Of a stretch of DNA of 64,000 nt, positions 30,471-39,286 are shown one piece after another. Position numbers and translations under genes: made by a program. The stretch comes from Alkalispirochaeta sp. (GTDB taxonomy: Bacteria; Spirochaetota; Spirochaetia; DSM-27196; Alkalispirochaetaceae). The notes under the pieces are model-generated. The model was not told where the DNA came from, searched no databases, and saw only the letters and a program-made list of their open reading frames with translations. Position 1 is the first letter of the stretch; each line of letters begins with the position of its first letter. The DNA is taken from contig CBDESZ010000034.1 in the NCBI GenBank assembly GCA_965242725.1, positions 43,195 to 107,194 of the forward strand, in the 5' to 3' direction.

Positions 30471-32221
30471 GGTTCCACCCGACGCTTGGCTAGATACATA
30501 ATCGTCCCGACAAGAACGGCAAAAAAGACGACAAAGATCGCAGTAACGACTCCACCGCCGGAAAGGCGCAGGGACAGTCCATTTACGAGCAGTGAGAGCA
30601 GGAATTTTGGCACGCCCCGGGCCCACCATAAAAGAAACGGAATAAGGGGAATCACTGCGAGGGCAAAAAGTGGGGGCCGCTCCAGGTAGGCGCTCCGATG
30701 ACGCCACGCCAGGGCGACGGAACCGAAGGTCAGGACAAAAAAACCGACCAAAGCCATTATCCGTTGCGCCGCACCGTTGATTGCCGTCGCCTCGGACCGC
30801 CCAAACTCCCGGAAGAGCTCCGGTAATCCCAGGAGATCGGGCAAAGCCACGGTCGGCACGTCATACCCCCCCGTGGACAGAAGGACGATCTCCTCCACCG
30901 TAGGTACGACGGGAATGTATCCGGGTATCTCCCCTTCTCCCCCAAGCAGAACGGGGTTGTGTATGCGCCCCTCATCACTGGATCCGACATTGTCACGTTC
31001 AATGGCACGAAAAAAGAGGTTTCCTTCGATCCACTTCGCGTAGTCGGCGTGAAAATGGAGGGGGCCGTCGCGGGTATTACGATAGACCTCTACATCATAG
31101 AGAAAATCTCCCACCGGTGATTGAACAAGTCGGTCCGCGGCGATGTATTCTGAGATATCCCCACCGTGCCTGTTCTGAAAAAAGATATCGTTTCTGCTTG
31201 TAAAACTCGGAGTGCCGTAGAGCCTGGCATCCTCCACAAAAAAGGAAATCCTGCGGACCTCTTCTTCAGCGGCGGCACTGAACCGCTGAATATCCGGATC
31301 ATTCGGGGCGCGCTGTTGAAGTTCCTGAAACCTGAAAAAGGCGAGAACCAGTGCTTCGGGATTCTCTTCCGGGCTTCCCCGTGTCAGGAGCTGATACGCT
31401 TCGATCTTGTCCCGGAACAGATCGCGGGCGGGATCGTCCTGAATCTCAAAAGACTCACCCTCAATTGCATTGAGAGCCCGTGCCTGAATGACCCGGGCAT
31501 CCCGTCGACCGTCGGACATCTCCACGGCGCGGGTGGCAAAGTAATGGGCGCTGAAATAGTTACCTTCATCGTAATACCGTCGTGCACGATCCAGGAGTTC
31601 AGCGACGCTGAGCGCCCGCACTTCCGGAACACGCTCATTTGCACCGGCAAGACCACGGGCGGAACCGGACTGTCTCATTCGTGCATTGATGGAACGCGTA
31701 CTGAGTTCGCCACGAACGTCATTGAGGAACGCCTGAACTTCATCATCCGGACCCATCACCGAGAGGTAAATTTCCGCGTATCGCTGGGCGGTGTGGAGAT
31801 TTCCCGTATCCCGGGCCTGACGCGCATCATCCCAGGCCGTGCGGGCTACGCGGCTGCGGTAAAGTATCTGTTCTATACGGACATGCTGACGCGGTCCGAT
31901 CACACCGATCCACACCCCGTACAACACTCCCAGAATCAGGATGAAGATAATCACCGGCCGCGCCGCAGAGATGAGCGTACCTTTCACGCGCATGTCGAGA
32001 GGGCCGACGGCGACGGAAAAGGTGACGATCGCCGCGGAGGCGACTACCAGAGGGAAATGGCTGAAAAAGGTGACGAGCCAGGAACTGAGGAGATAGTCCC
32101 GCTCCCACTCTTCCGCAACTTCCACGATCGCCAGTGTTGAGATCGCGTCGTAGACGGCGAATCCCCCGGCAATCAACAATGAGACGACCAGTATGACGGT
32201 AAAACGCGCAGGAACGCTCAT
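30467..32221 (-). CDS. Membrane protein, 3TM + large periplasmic region + 3TM; divergent LptF/LptG-like with TPR-like insertion
   Basis: 584-aa ORF translationally coupled on both sides; the family call is pattern-based inference. Confidence 0.6.
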   Translation of the reverse strand: MSVPARFTVILVVSLLIAGGFAVYDAISTLAIVEVAEEWERDYLLSSWLVTFFSHFPLVVASAAIVTFSVAVGPLDMRVKGTLISAARPVIIFILILGVLYGVWIGVIGPRQHVRIEQILYRSRVARTAWDDARQARDTGNLHTAQRYAEIYLSVMGPDDEVQAFLNDVRGELSTRSINARMRQSGSARGLAGANERVPEVRALSVAELLDRARRYYDEGNYFSAHYFATRAVEMSDGRRDARVIQARALNAIEGESFEIQDDPARDLFRDKIEAYQLLTRGSPEENPEALVLAFFRFQELQQRAPNDPDIQRFSAAAEEEVRRISFFVEDARLYGTPSFTSRNDIFFQNRHGGDISEYIAADRLVQSPVGDFLYDVEVYRNTRDGPLHFHADYAKWIEGNLFFRAIERDNVGSSDEGRIHNPVLLGGEGEIPGYIPVVPTVEEIVLLSTGGYDVPTVALPDLLGLPELFREFGRSEATAINGAAQRIMALVGFFVLTFGSVALAWRHRSAYLERPPLFALAVIPLIPFLLWWARGVPKFLLSLLVNGLSLRLSGGGVVTAIFVVFFAVLVGTIMYLAKRRVEP

Positions 32222-33162
32222 CGAGACCGACCCTCCTCACCTATTTCCCGTTGCCACCGGCCGAGGGGGACTAAAAAGAACGATACAAACAGCAGCAAAA
32301 GGGCGATTCCGGTCCAGAGCAGCGTAAAGGGATAGACATGCAGCGTGGCCGGAAAGAACGCGGGCAGTGAAATTGCCGCCAGAAGTTCCGCGACGATCGT
32401 CTGCTCGGCCGACGAAGGAATCGCCGGAATGAGTCGGAGATATCCCACCGCCACGGCGATGTTGAGAAGTGGCCACCGGAAGAGGCGCGCAGGTGTCCAG
32501 ACTGCGAGGAGGGCCAGAACAAAGGCGCCCCAGAGATAGGACAGCTCCATGAAATCACGCTGGACCATCGAACGGTGAAGCAGCAGAAATAACGCCGTCA
32601 CCTCATTCGCCAATTTTCCGAGAAAGGACGGAACGGAACGCCACCGGAGTTCCGGGAAGTGGTCCGCCGACAGGGATGTGCCGTCGGGGAAAACGATGCG
32701 TGACGCTTCCGCGTTCCACGTACCCTTCTCATGGTGAGTGATCGTCGGGATATCACGATGGGACACGACGAGAATATCCGACAGGGCAACACCGGTGGCG
32801 GCGCCGATGCGAAGAGAATAATCGTCTCCGTTGATTATTACCCCCACGGGTATTCGCCGTTGCAGCCCGCCGTCCGGTACATTCCGGCCGGCCAGGGAAT
32901 GGATTGCAGATATTCCAAAAAGAAGAACTCCAATCGAAACACCCAGGACCAGAAGAAACAACCAGGAGTTCCGGGACGTCCGCACACCCCGGAGGACCGA
33001 GGCAAGGACCGCGGGAAACAGGGCTGCCGTCAGGATCGGTCCGGCCGCGGCCAGGACGCTTGCCGTCGCCGGATCGTAGAGCCATACACCGAAAGCAATA
33101 AGCACCCCAAAGGCGACCATATGGAACAGGAATACGACCGGCACCGTCATGAGGTGTTTCAC
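32218..33162 (-). CDS. Membrane protein, 3TM + beta-rich loop + 3TM; divergent LptF/LptG-like
   Basis: 314-aa hydrophobic ORF; loop GVIING..LRIG..LSDILVV..HEKGTWNAEASRIVFPDG. Confidence 0.6.
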   Translation of the reverse strand: MKHLMTVPVVFLFHMVAFGVLIAFGVWLYDPATASVLAAAGPILTAALFPAVLASVLRGVRTSRNSWLFLLVLGVSIGVLLFGISAIHSLAGRNVPDGGLQRRIPVGVIINGDDYSLRIGAATGVALSDILVVSHRDIPTITHHEKGTWNAEASRIVFPDGTSLSADHFPELRWRSVPSFLGKLANEVTALFLLLHRSMVQRDFMELSYLWGAFVLALLAVWTPARLFRWPLLNIAVAVGYLRLIPAIPSSAEQTIVAELLAAISLPAFFPATLHVYPFTLLWTGIALLLLFVSFFLVPLGRWQREIGEEGRSR

Positions 33163-33182
33163 AGGAGCTCCAGATTAGCACG

Positions 33183-33437
33183 TTGACCACGAGTTTTCCA
33201 CATCTTTTCCACACCCTTCGGCGTCGGATTGGCTACCAAATTGTAATGGCTATGTAGCAAATTGACACAATATTTTCCCGCCATACCTCTTGACAGGAAG
33301 TAAATGCTTATATGGTATAGATTTAAATTCTCGACTCTTCGCCGTACAGGCAGCGTTATGTGGTTTGCATATACGGAAGATCCATGGTAAAGGCTTATAC
33401 CATCAAAAGATCTGGAGTTATCCACTACTTTTCCACA
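33183..33437. other. DnaA-box cluster with AT-rich core (oriC-like, or datA/DARS-like locus)
   Basis: TTGACCACG 33183, TTTTCCACA 33194 and 33205, TTATCCACT 33418, TTTTCCACA 33429; all co-oriented, 11-bp period within each array; 33301-33330 has 6 G+C in 30 nt. Confidence 0.65.
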
Positions 33438-34069
33438 TTCAAATTAGAAATATTTACCGTCTCGGTAACGAGTCGGTATCCCTTGCCCCTGACAGTCTCT
33501 ATCAACCGTCCGTAGGAGCCCAGTACACGCCGCAATCGGGAAATCTGAATGTCAATCGCTCGTGATGATGTGAGTTGTCCGGTTCGTACATTTCCGCTCA
33601 CTTCGGGGTTCATTACAAGTTCAAACAGGCGTTCCCGTTCCACCGCGACGCCGGGGCGTTGAGAAAGGGCATGCCACAGGACGGCGTGAGTACGTGAGAG
33701 AACAAAGCTTTCGTCTCCGATAGTAATTACGTTACCCATAACCTCACGCCGTTTTTGAAGGAGGCGGTAGACCCGGACCGTGAGTTCAATCTCCGTCCAG
33801 GGAGAACACAGGTATTCGTCCGCACCGAGGAGAAATACCCGCTCCATGTCCTCCGGCACTCCGTAACCGCACCTGATTGAGCTTGCAGCCTGATCCCACA
33901 AGTCGGTACCGGCAATTCCGCCGGGTGCAACCACTACATCCGGTTTTCGTTCAACATGGTGTGACGCGAGATGGAGCGGTACGATTATCGTATTGGAGTC
34001 GTTCCGGAGCGCCTTTGCTGCCTTTCGAACTGACGGCGAACCGTCGTCCAGTACCAGCAGAAAGCCCAT
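33425..34069 (-). CDS. OmpR/PhoB-type winged-helix regulator with atypical (pseudo) receiver domain
   Basis: LLVLDD..GADEYL..P; wHTH SRAIDIQISRLRRVL..IETVRGKGYRL. Confidence 0.8.
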   Translation of the reverse strand: MGFLLVLDDGSPSVRKAAKALRNDSNTIIVPLHLASHHVERKPDVVVAPGGIAGTDLWDQAASSIRCGYGVPEDMERVFLLGADEYLCSPWTEIELTVRVYRLLQKRREVMGNVITIGDESFVLSRTHAVLWHALSQRPGVAVERERLFELVMNPEVSGNVRTGQLTSSRAIDIQISRLRRVLGSYGRLIETVRGKGYRLVTETVNISNLNVEK

Positions 34070-34077
34070 CTGCGTCC

Positions 34078-34848
34078 TTAGGAATCACCTTCTCCGGAGT
34101 TCGGAGACTGTTCCTGGTTGATGGATCGTTTCAGTTCTTCCAGCGACCGATCAATATCGTCACCGGCCGTGACCGTCTCACCGGCGTTGATTTTCTTTCT
34201 GAGATCTTCCAGGAGGGCGTCGCCGTCCGGCCGCTCCAGCGCGGCAATCTGGTCTGCAAGACTCTTGTCGCTGTTTCCCTGATCCAGTTCCGCGAGGGTG
34301 TCGCTTTCTATTTCCAGTTGCTCCACCCGTTTTGACATTTCGTCAAAGGCGTCGAAAGCGGAGGTATCACCGAGCCCGTGAATGAGTTCCTGGATCTTCT
34401 TTTGCGCTTCCGCGCGCTTGGCCCGCGCCACGAGAAGGTTCTTTTTGCGTTGCGCTTCTTCAATCCGATCCTGAAGTTCCCGGAGGGACGATTTCAACTG
34501 TTCCACCGCGGCGTGCTGTTTGTCGTACTGACCCGCCAGTTGCTCCGCGTATTCCGATTCACGCTGCTTGCGAACCAGCGCCTCCCGGGCGAGGTCCTCT
34601 TTTCCCGCTTTCAACGCCACCACGGCCCGACCTTCCCATTCCTCGGCCCGTCGGCGCTGCTCCTCGACGTGACGCTGGAGGCGTTTCTCTTCAGTGATCG
34701 CCGTAGCCACATTGCGCTTGGCATCGGTGAGCTGCTTGTTCATATCGAGAATGAGCTGATTGAGCATTTTTTCGGGATTTTCGGCTCTCCGCACGGCGTC
34801 ATTCACGTTGGATCTGAGCAGCCTGCGCAATCGTTCAAACATTCCCAT
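34078..34848 (-). CDS. pspA: PspA/IM30 family protein
   Basis: MGMFERLRRLLRSNVN..AENPEKMLNQ..A..ALKAGKEDLAREAL; coiled coil. Confidence 0.92.
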   Translation of the reverse strand: MGMFERLRRLLRSNVNDAVRRAENPEKMLNQLILDMNKQLTDAKRNVATAITEEKRLQRHVEEQRRRAEEWEGRAVVALKAGKEDLAREALVRKQRESEYAEQLAGQYDKQHAAVEQLKSSLRELQDRIEEAQRKKNLLVARAKRAEAQKKIQELIHGLGDTSAFDAFDEMSKRVEQLEIESDTLAELDQGNSDKSLADQIAALERPDGDALLEDLRKKINAGETVTAGDDIDRSLEELKRSINQEQSPNSGEGDS

Positions 34849-34872
34849 TACCGTTTCTACCGTCTCTCCATA

Positions 34873-35427
34873 TCATCCGAGAAAGACTTGTCCGCTCGCA
34901 TCGATGGCGAGGATCGTCTTGCAGTTTGAACATCGAAATCGTCCCGGTTTGGACGCCTTCAATTTTGTCGAACAAATGGGACATTTAAAAATCTTCGGAA
35001 AGACTTCCGACGACTGCTGGGCCTGGCCACCTTTGGAAAAGTGTTCAACCGCATCGTCCAGGGAGTCCTTGATATGGAAGAATTGCGAAAAACCGAGAAG
35101 CTGAAACACCTCATACACTTTTGGCTGTATTTCCAGAAGGACCAGATCGCCGCCCTTCGGTTTTACCGCTTTGAGGAATGCCGTGAATGAACCGATTCCG
35201 GTACTGGAAACGTAATTCAATCCGCCGCAGTGAAAGATGAGGCGACTGAACCCTGATTCAATTGCCCGATTCACCCGTTTCTGAAAAAAATTGGAGTTGT
35301 AGGTATCAATATATCCGGTGAGATAAAGGACTACACAACCTTCGACGCTGTCGATTTTTTGCAGCCTGATCTTAAGACTTTCATCTTTTTCTTCATCAAA
35401 GCCCGGAACGATGTCGTTATTGTTCAT
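34873..35427 (-). CDS. STAS anti-sigma-factor antagonist with C-terminal zinc ribbon
   Basis: LTGYIDTYN..LNYVSSTGIG..EVFQLLGF; CPIC..CSNC. Confidence 0.88.
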   Translation of the reverse strand: MNNNDIVPGFDEEKDESLKIRLQKIDSVEGCVVLYLTGYIDTYNSNFFQKRVNRAIESGFSRLIFHCGGLNYVSSTGIGSFTAFLKAVKPKGGDLVLLEIQPKVYEVFQLLGFSQFFHIKDSLDDAVEHFSKGGQAQQSSEVFPKIFKCPICSTKLKASKPGRFRCSNCKTILAIDASGQVFLG

Positions 35428-35521
35428 ACTCGTCGCTTCTTCCTGGATTTTTTAATAGTAGAGTGGCGCTCGGAAATTGTCAAACCGCGGCTCTCCCCCC
35501 TGACGCCCCTGGCGCGTTCCA

Positions 35522-36280
35522 TTACAGCAATCCCTGATCGATGGTAATAATCGACCCGTTTATATCCGGTTCTTCGGCAAGTATGAGCTCATTTATTAGC
35601 CGAGCCACACGTTCCGGCTGAATAAGGGACTCCCGCGGCGATTTTCGCCGCGCTTCCTCCCTGTCCGCCTGGGAGAGGTACTCAGTATCCACATATCCCG
35701 GAGATATCAGATTTACCGTTACATTTTTTCCCCGTGTGTCGGCGGCGGCGGATTTGCAGAGGCTTACAACTCCCGCCTTTGCCGCGGCGTACGCCGGAAT
35801 GCCCCGGAAGCCCCGGTGCTGGTCGGCGCGGGGACCGCCGAAAAGGATGATACGCCCCCACTTCCGTTCAACCATTTCCGGCAGATATCGGGAGACAAGA
35901 ATTCCCGGCAGGGTGAGGTTCAATTCTACAACGGTGCTCCATACGTCGGGCGAAGTGGTACCCAGGGAGGAGTACTCGACGGGCCCCATGGCGACGACGA
36001 GAATATCCACAGTTCCAAGGTCATCGAGGACGGGCAGAATATCCTCTCCTCGCGTGAGACGGCGAAACAGGGGAGATGCCGAACCGCCGTGGTCCCGTAT
36101 GTACTGAACGACCCGATCAAGCCGCTGCCGATCGTTCCCTCCATGACAGATGACATGGGCCCCCTGCAATGCGAGGGCAACGGTTACGGCACGACCGATA
36201 CCGCCGCTGCCGCCGATAATCAGAGCACGACGACCGGATAGACGGGAAGTATGATAATCCGCCCTCGTAAGGAGTCCCAT
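35522..36280 (-). CDS. Short-chain dehydrogenase/reductase
   Basis: IGGSGGIG, YAAAK, VNLISPGYVDT. Confidence 0.88.
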   Translation of the reverse strand: MGLLTRADYHTSRLSGRRALIIGGSGGIGRAVTVALALQGAHVICHGGNDRQRLDRVVQYIRDHGGSASPLFRRLTRGEDILPVLDDLGTVDILVVAMGPVEYSSLGTTSPDVWSTVVELNLTLPGILVSRYLPEMVERKWGRIILFGGPRADQHRGFRGIPAYAAAKAGVVSLCKSAAADTRGKNVTVNLISPGYVDTEYLSQADREEARRKSPRESLIQPERVARLINELILAEEPDINGSIITIDQGLL

Positions 36281-36331
36281 GGGCCTTACAATACTGTTGT
36301 CTTCCGCCGATGAGCAACCTATACTGCAGGT

Positions 36332-36850
36332 ATGAGACGGGCGATACTTCTATTGGTTGGAACGGTACTTACCATATCTTCGGCTGGTGCGCAGTCGGTG
36401 CAATCGGAAGGGATCCCGTCGCTCCTGGATTCACCCTCATCATTCAGAAGCGTCGTAGACATGTCGACAACCCTGCAGGATCTCACTCAGGCGCTCGATT
36501 CCGTCTCCCTGCTGGAGGAACTGTCCGGTCGCATTCTCATACTGGATGGAATGGTCAATTCAATCGCCGTCTACTCGGAAGATCCCAACGATTTCTACGT
36601 TGAAATGGAACTCGTATCGGGCCGCTGGGAAGGCGTTGAATCGGTCCATATTTACAAGGCATACGTTTTCTTTGATGATCCGGCGTTTACGGGACGACTT
36701 TCCGAAAGAGCTCCCCGTGAACCCGATCCTTCCCTTACGACGCGAAACGATCGCGTCATCGTCGCCGGCCGCCTCGTCACCGTGGCAGAAGACCCGGAAG
36801 GTCGTCCTGTTCCCGTAATCCGCGCGTTTGAACTTCGACCACTTCGGTAG
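36332..36850 (+). CDS. Exported hypothetical protein
   Basis: Signal peptide ending AGA-Q; preceded by a TTGTCT-17-TATACT promoter. Confidence 0.7.
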   Translation: MRRAILLLVGTVLTISSAGAQSVQSEGIPSLLDSPSSFRSVVDMSTTLQDLTQALDSVSLLEELSGRILILDGMVNSIAVYSEDPNDFYVEMELVSGRWEGVESVHIYKAYVFFDDPAFTGRLSERAPREPDPSLTTRNDRVIVAGRLVTVAEDPEGRPVPVIRAFELRPLR

Positions 36851-38006
36851 GGTTCTCTCCCGGCAAACATACTTCATCATCAAGTTCAATATGCCGCGTC
36901 TCTATCGTATCGCCGTCGGCGTAAACCAGCGCCCGGGCGAGAACACCGGACAGCTCCCGTACGTTTCCCGGCCAGGAGTGCGTATGAAACCACCGTATGA
37001 CGTCGTGAGAGAGCCGTATGTTCCGATGTCCTCCGCGGGCAAGAAGATGATACGCAATCTCATCGACGTCCTCGATGTGGTCCCTGAGCGGCGGGACATC
37101 AATGCGAAGCCCCGCGAGACGATGCCAGAGATCACGGCGAAAGAGGCCCTTCCGCAAGAGACGCTTCATATTCTGATTCGTCGCGGAAATGACACGGACG
37201 GAAACGGGCCGGTCCGCCACACTCCCGACGGGTCTGACCGTTCCCGATTCAATGGCACGAAGGAGTTTGGGCTGGATGGTAACGGAGAGTTCTCCCACTT
37301 CATCAAGGAAGACGCTTCCACCGTGGGCGGAGCCGAAGATACCGGGACTCGTTTCAGAGGCACCGGTGTAGGCACCCTTGTGAACACCAAACATCTCGGA
37401 CTCAAAAAGGGTTTCCGGAACTGCGGCAACGTTGACGACCCGGAGGGGTCCCTCTTTGCGAAGGGAGAGGCGATGGATGCTGTGGGCAACGAGCTCCTTC
37501 CCCACTCCCGTCTCTCCGGTTATCAGGACCGGTTCACTCGCCCGGGCGATCCGCCGGATTCTGTCACGCAGCGCGTTCATGGTGCGGCTGGATCCGACGA
37601 GGTAGGAACGTATCTCGGGAACGTCCCGAACGACGGAACACAGACTCTTGTATCGGGTAAGCGTTTCAAGAAGGGTCTCACGAATCATCCACGGCAGGGC
37701 GGAGTCGGGAAGACAGCGGTCGACTCCGCGGTGTGCCAGATCACCCGCCAGGAGAACGCCGCCCTCGGCGACGACGGCGAACAGGTATGTGTGGCGGCGC
37801 AGGCGTACCGTCAGATCGATCAGTTCCCACAGCGCGTCCGTCGGTGTCCGGCCGTCTATAATGACCGCCGTAACCGGCTCAATGTTCTGACAGACGAGGC
37901 GCCAGCGATACTCCCGAAAGGACTCCACGACGACGGGGACATAAGACAAGAACGCATCCTCAAATCGCCTGGAAATCTGGCGGCAATTTGAAACGACCAC
38001 GAACAT
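36777..38006 (-). CDS. Sigma54-interacting AAA+ activator lacking a C-terminal HTH
   Basis: GETGVGKE, ESEMFGVHKGAYTGA, FLDEVGE, FRRDLWHRL, WPGNVREL. Confidence 0.85.
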   Translation of the reverse strand: MFVVVSNCRQISRRFEDAFLSYVPVVVESFREYRWRLVCQNIEPVTAVIIDGRTPTDALWELIDLTVRLRRHTYLFAVVAEGGVLLAGDLAHRGVDRCLPDSALPWMIRETLLETLTRYKSLCSVVRDVPEIRSYLVGSSRTMNALRDRIRRIARASEPVLITGETGVGKELVAHSIHRLSLRKEGPLRVVNVAAVPETLFESEMFGVHKGAYTGASETSPGIFGSAHGGSVFLDEVGELSVTIQPKLLRAIESGTVRPVGSVADRPVSVRVISATNQNMKRLLRKGLFRRDLWHRLAGLRIDVPPLRDHIEDVDEIAYHLLARGGHRNIRLSHDVIRWFHTHSWPGNVRELSGVLARALVYADGDTIETRHIELDDEVCLPGENPTEVVEVQTRGLREQDDLPGLLPR

Positions 38007-38154
38007 ATTTGTTCCTTTGTCTTCGGAATGGTAATAAATAGTATAAATCACCTTTTTCAAGGACGGTCAAATATTTTGTTGATTTTGCAGGAGTTCGGAG
38101 TCGACTGTCACGGAGTCCTTTCATTCCGTATAATGGAGTGGAAAGGAACGGAAC

Positions 38155-38634
38155 GTGAGCCCCGAATGGTTGTACCTCCTGACGCTGCGCAGTCAATTGA
38201 CCCGGATTTTTTCTCTCCTGAGCGGTCTGGGGGTATTGATCCTTTTTGACGGTCTTATTCTCATCCGCCTCGCCCGGATTACCGGGATATATTACGCCCT
38301 GGCCCTTGAAGGAATCGTCTCGATCGTCGCGGCAGTTGTCCTGGGAAGTACGGCAAACTCACTCATCAGAAAGATCAGGGCCGACGCCGTAAACGGATCG
38401 TGCATAATCTCCCGGTACGCCCGGCTCGCCGCCGTGGTGACGGCGGGTATCCTCCTCTTCATCCCCGGCTTTGCCACCGACGGTATCGGCCTGTTGATCT
38501 ATCTTCCACCGGGAAGAATGCTTTACGCCCTTCTTTTCCGTCGCAGGAATGAAGAAACGGTGAAACGGTCCTATGAGTATCTCACGATGGAGCTGTTTGC
38601 TTCCCCTTCTTCCCGAGGCGAAGACGATGAATGA
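38155..38634 (+). CDS. fxsA: FxsA family membrane protein
   Basis: AGILLFIPGFATDGIGLLIYLP signature. Confidence 0.75.
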   Translation: MSPEWLYLLTLRSQLTRIFSLLSGLGVLILFDGLILIRLARITGIYYALALEGIVSIVAAVVLGSTANSLIRKIRADAVNGSCIISRYARLAAVVTAGILLFIPGFATDGIGLLIYLPPGRMLYALLFRRRNEETVKRSYEYLTMELFASPSSRGEDDE

Positions 38635-39286
38635 ATAAAATCACGGGGAGAAAAAGACGCAAAGGGAAGGTCATGACGCCGACTATTGAGGGCCTTCGGC
38701 GCCGTCCCGCCATACGCTGTACCGCAGCGGGGGCGACGACCGTTGCCGTGGGACCTACCCTGTGGGCGGAAGTGACGACCCACCGCAGGAACGAGCTGGT
38801 TACAACCCCTGAAACGATGAGGCGCGGCGACGCCTTTTTTATTGCCGTCGTCACCGAGGGAATCGTCGTGGGATGAAATACCGCCCGTCCGACGATTCGG
38901 AGTCCCGGGAAGGTTGCGCGTATATTCTGTTCCGTCTTTTGCAGATCCTCGGTGTTTCTCCCGATGAGGTATACCGTCGCCGCCGTCGTCTCGCTGTGGG
39001 CGAGGAGGCGAATAATCGTCTGAAACTCGCGATATGGACCAACCCGGCAACCGGTGGCCATCCGTATCTGTCGGGCCCCGCTCCGGTCCACGGGAATGAC
39101 GTAGCTTCCGCCGCCGCCGAAGAACGACCGAAATGCCCGGTTGCGAATCAGGCGCCACAACAACCCGCGACGTGCACAGAGGAGCACCACCGGATCTGTC
39201 CGTTCACCCGCCCAATGGGGAGACAATTCCGGTCCCTCTTCCGGTATTACATCGATGCCAAAAAATCTGCGTTGTTTACAATTCAT
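38582..39286 (-). CDS. WecB/TagA/CpsF-like protein, degenerate
   Basis: VYLIG..TEQNIRATFPGLRIVG..IKKASPRLIVSG; ATGA overlap with rsmE. Confidence 0.65.
   Translation of the reverse strand: MNCKQRRFFGIDVIPEEGPELSPHWAGERTDPVVLLCARRGLLWRLIRNRAFRSFFGGGGSYVIPVDRSGARQIRMATGCRVGPYREFQTIIRLLAHSETTAATVYLIGRNTEDLQKTEQNIRATFPGLRIVGRAVFHPTTIPSVTTAIKKASPRLIVSGVVTSSFLRWVVTSAHRVGPTATVVAPAAVQRMAGRRRRPSIVGVMTFPLRLFLPVILFIHRLRLGKKGKQTAPS

Noticed and set aside
33230..33245. Possible sigma54 promoter TGGCTACCAAATTGTA
   Set aside because: Has GT instead of the conserved -12 GC and no downstream plus-strand gene.
33159..33425. 88-aa ORF across the AT-rich intergenic region
   Set aside because: Atypical composition; its VEKMWK residues are simply translated DnaA boxes.
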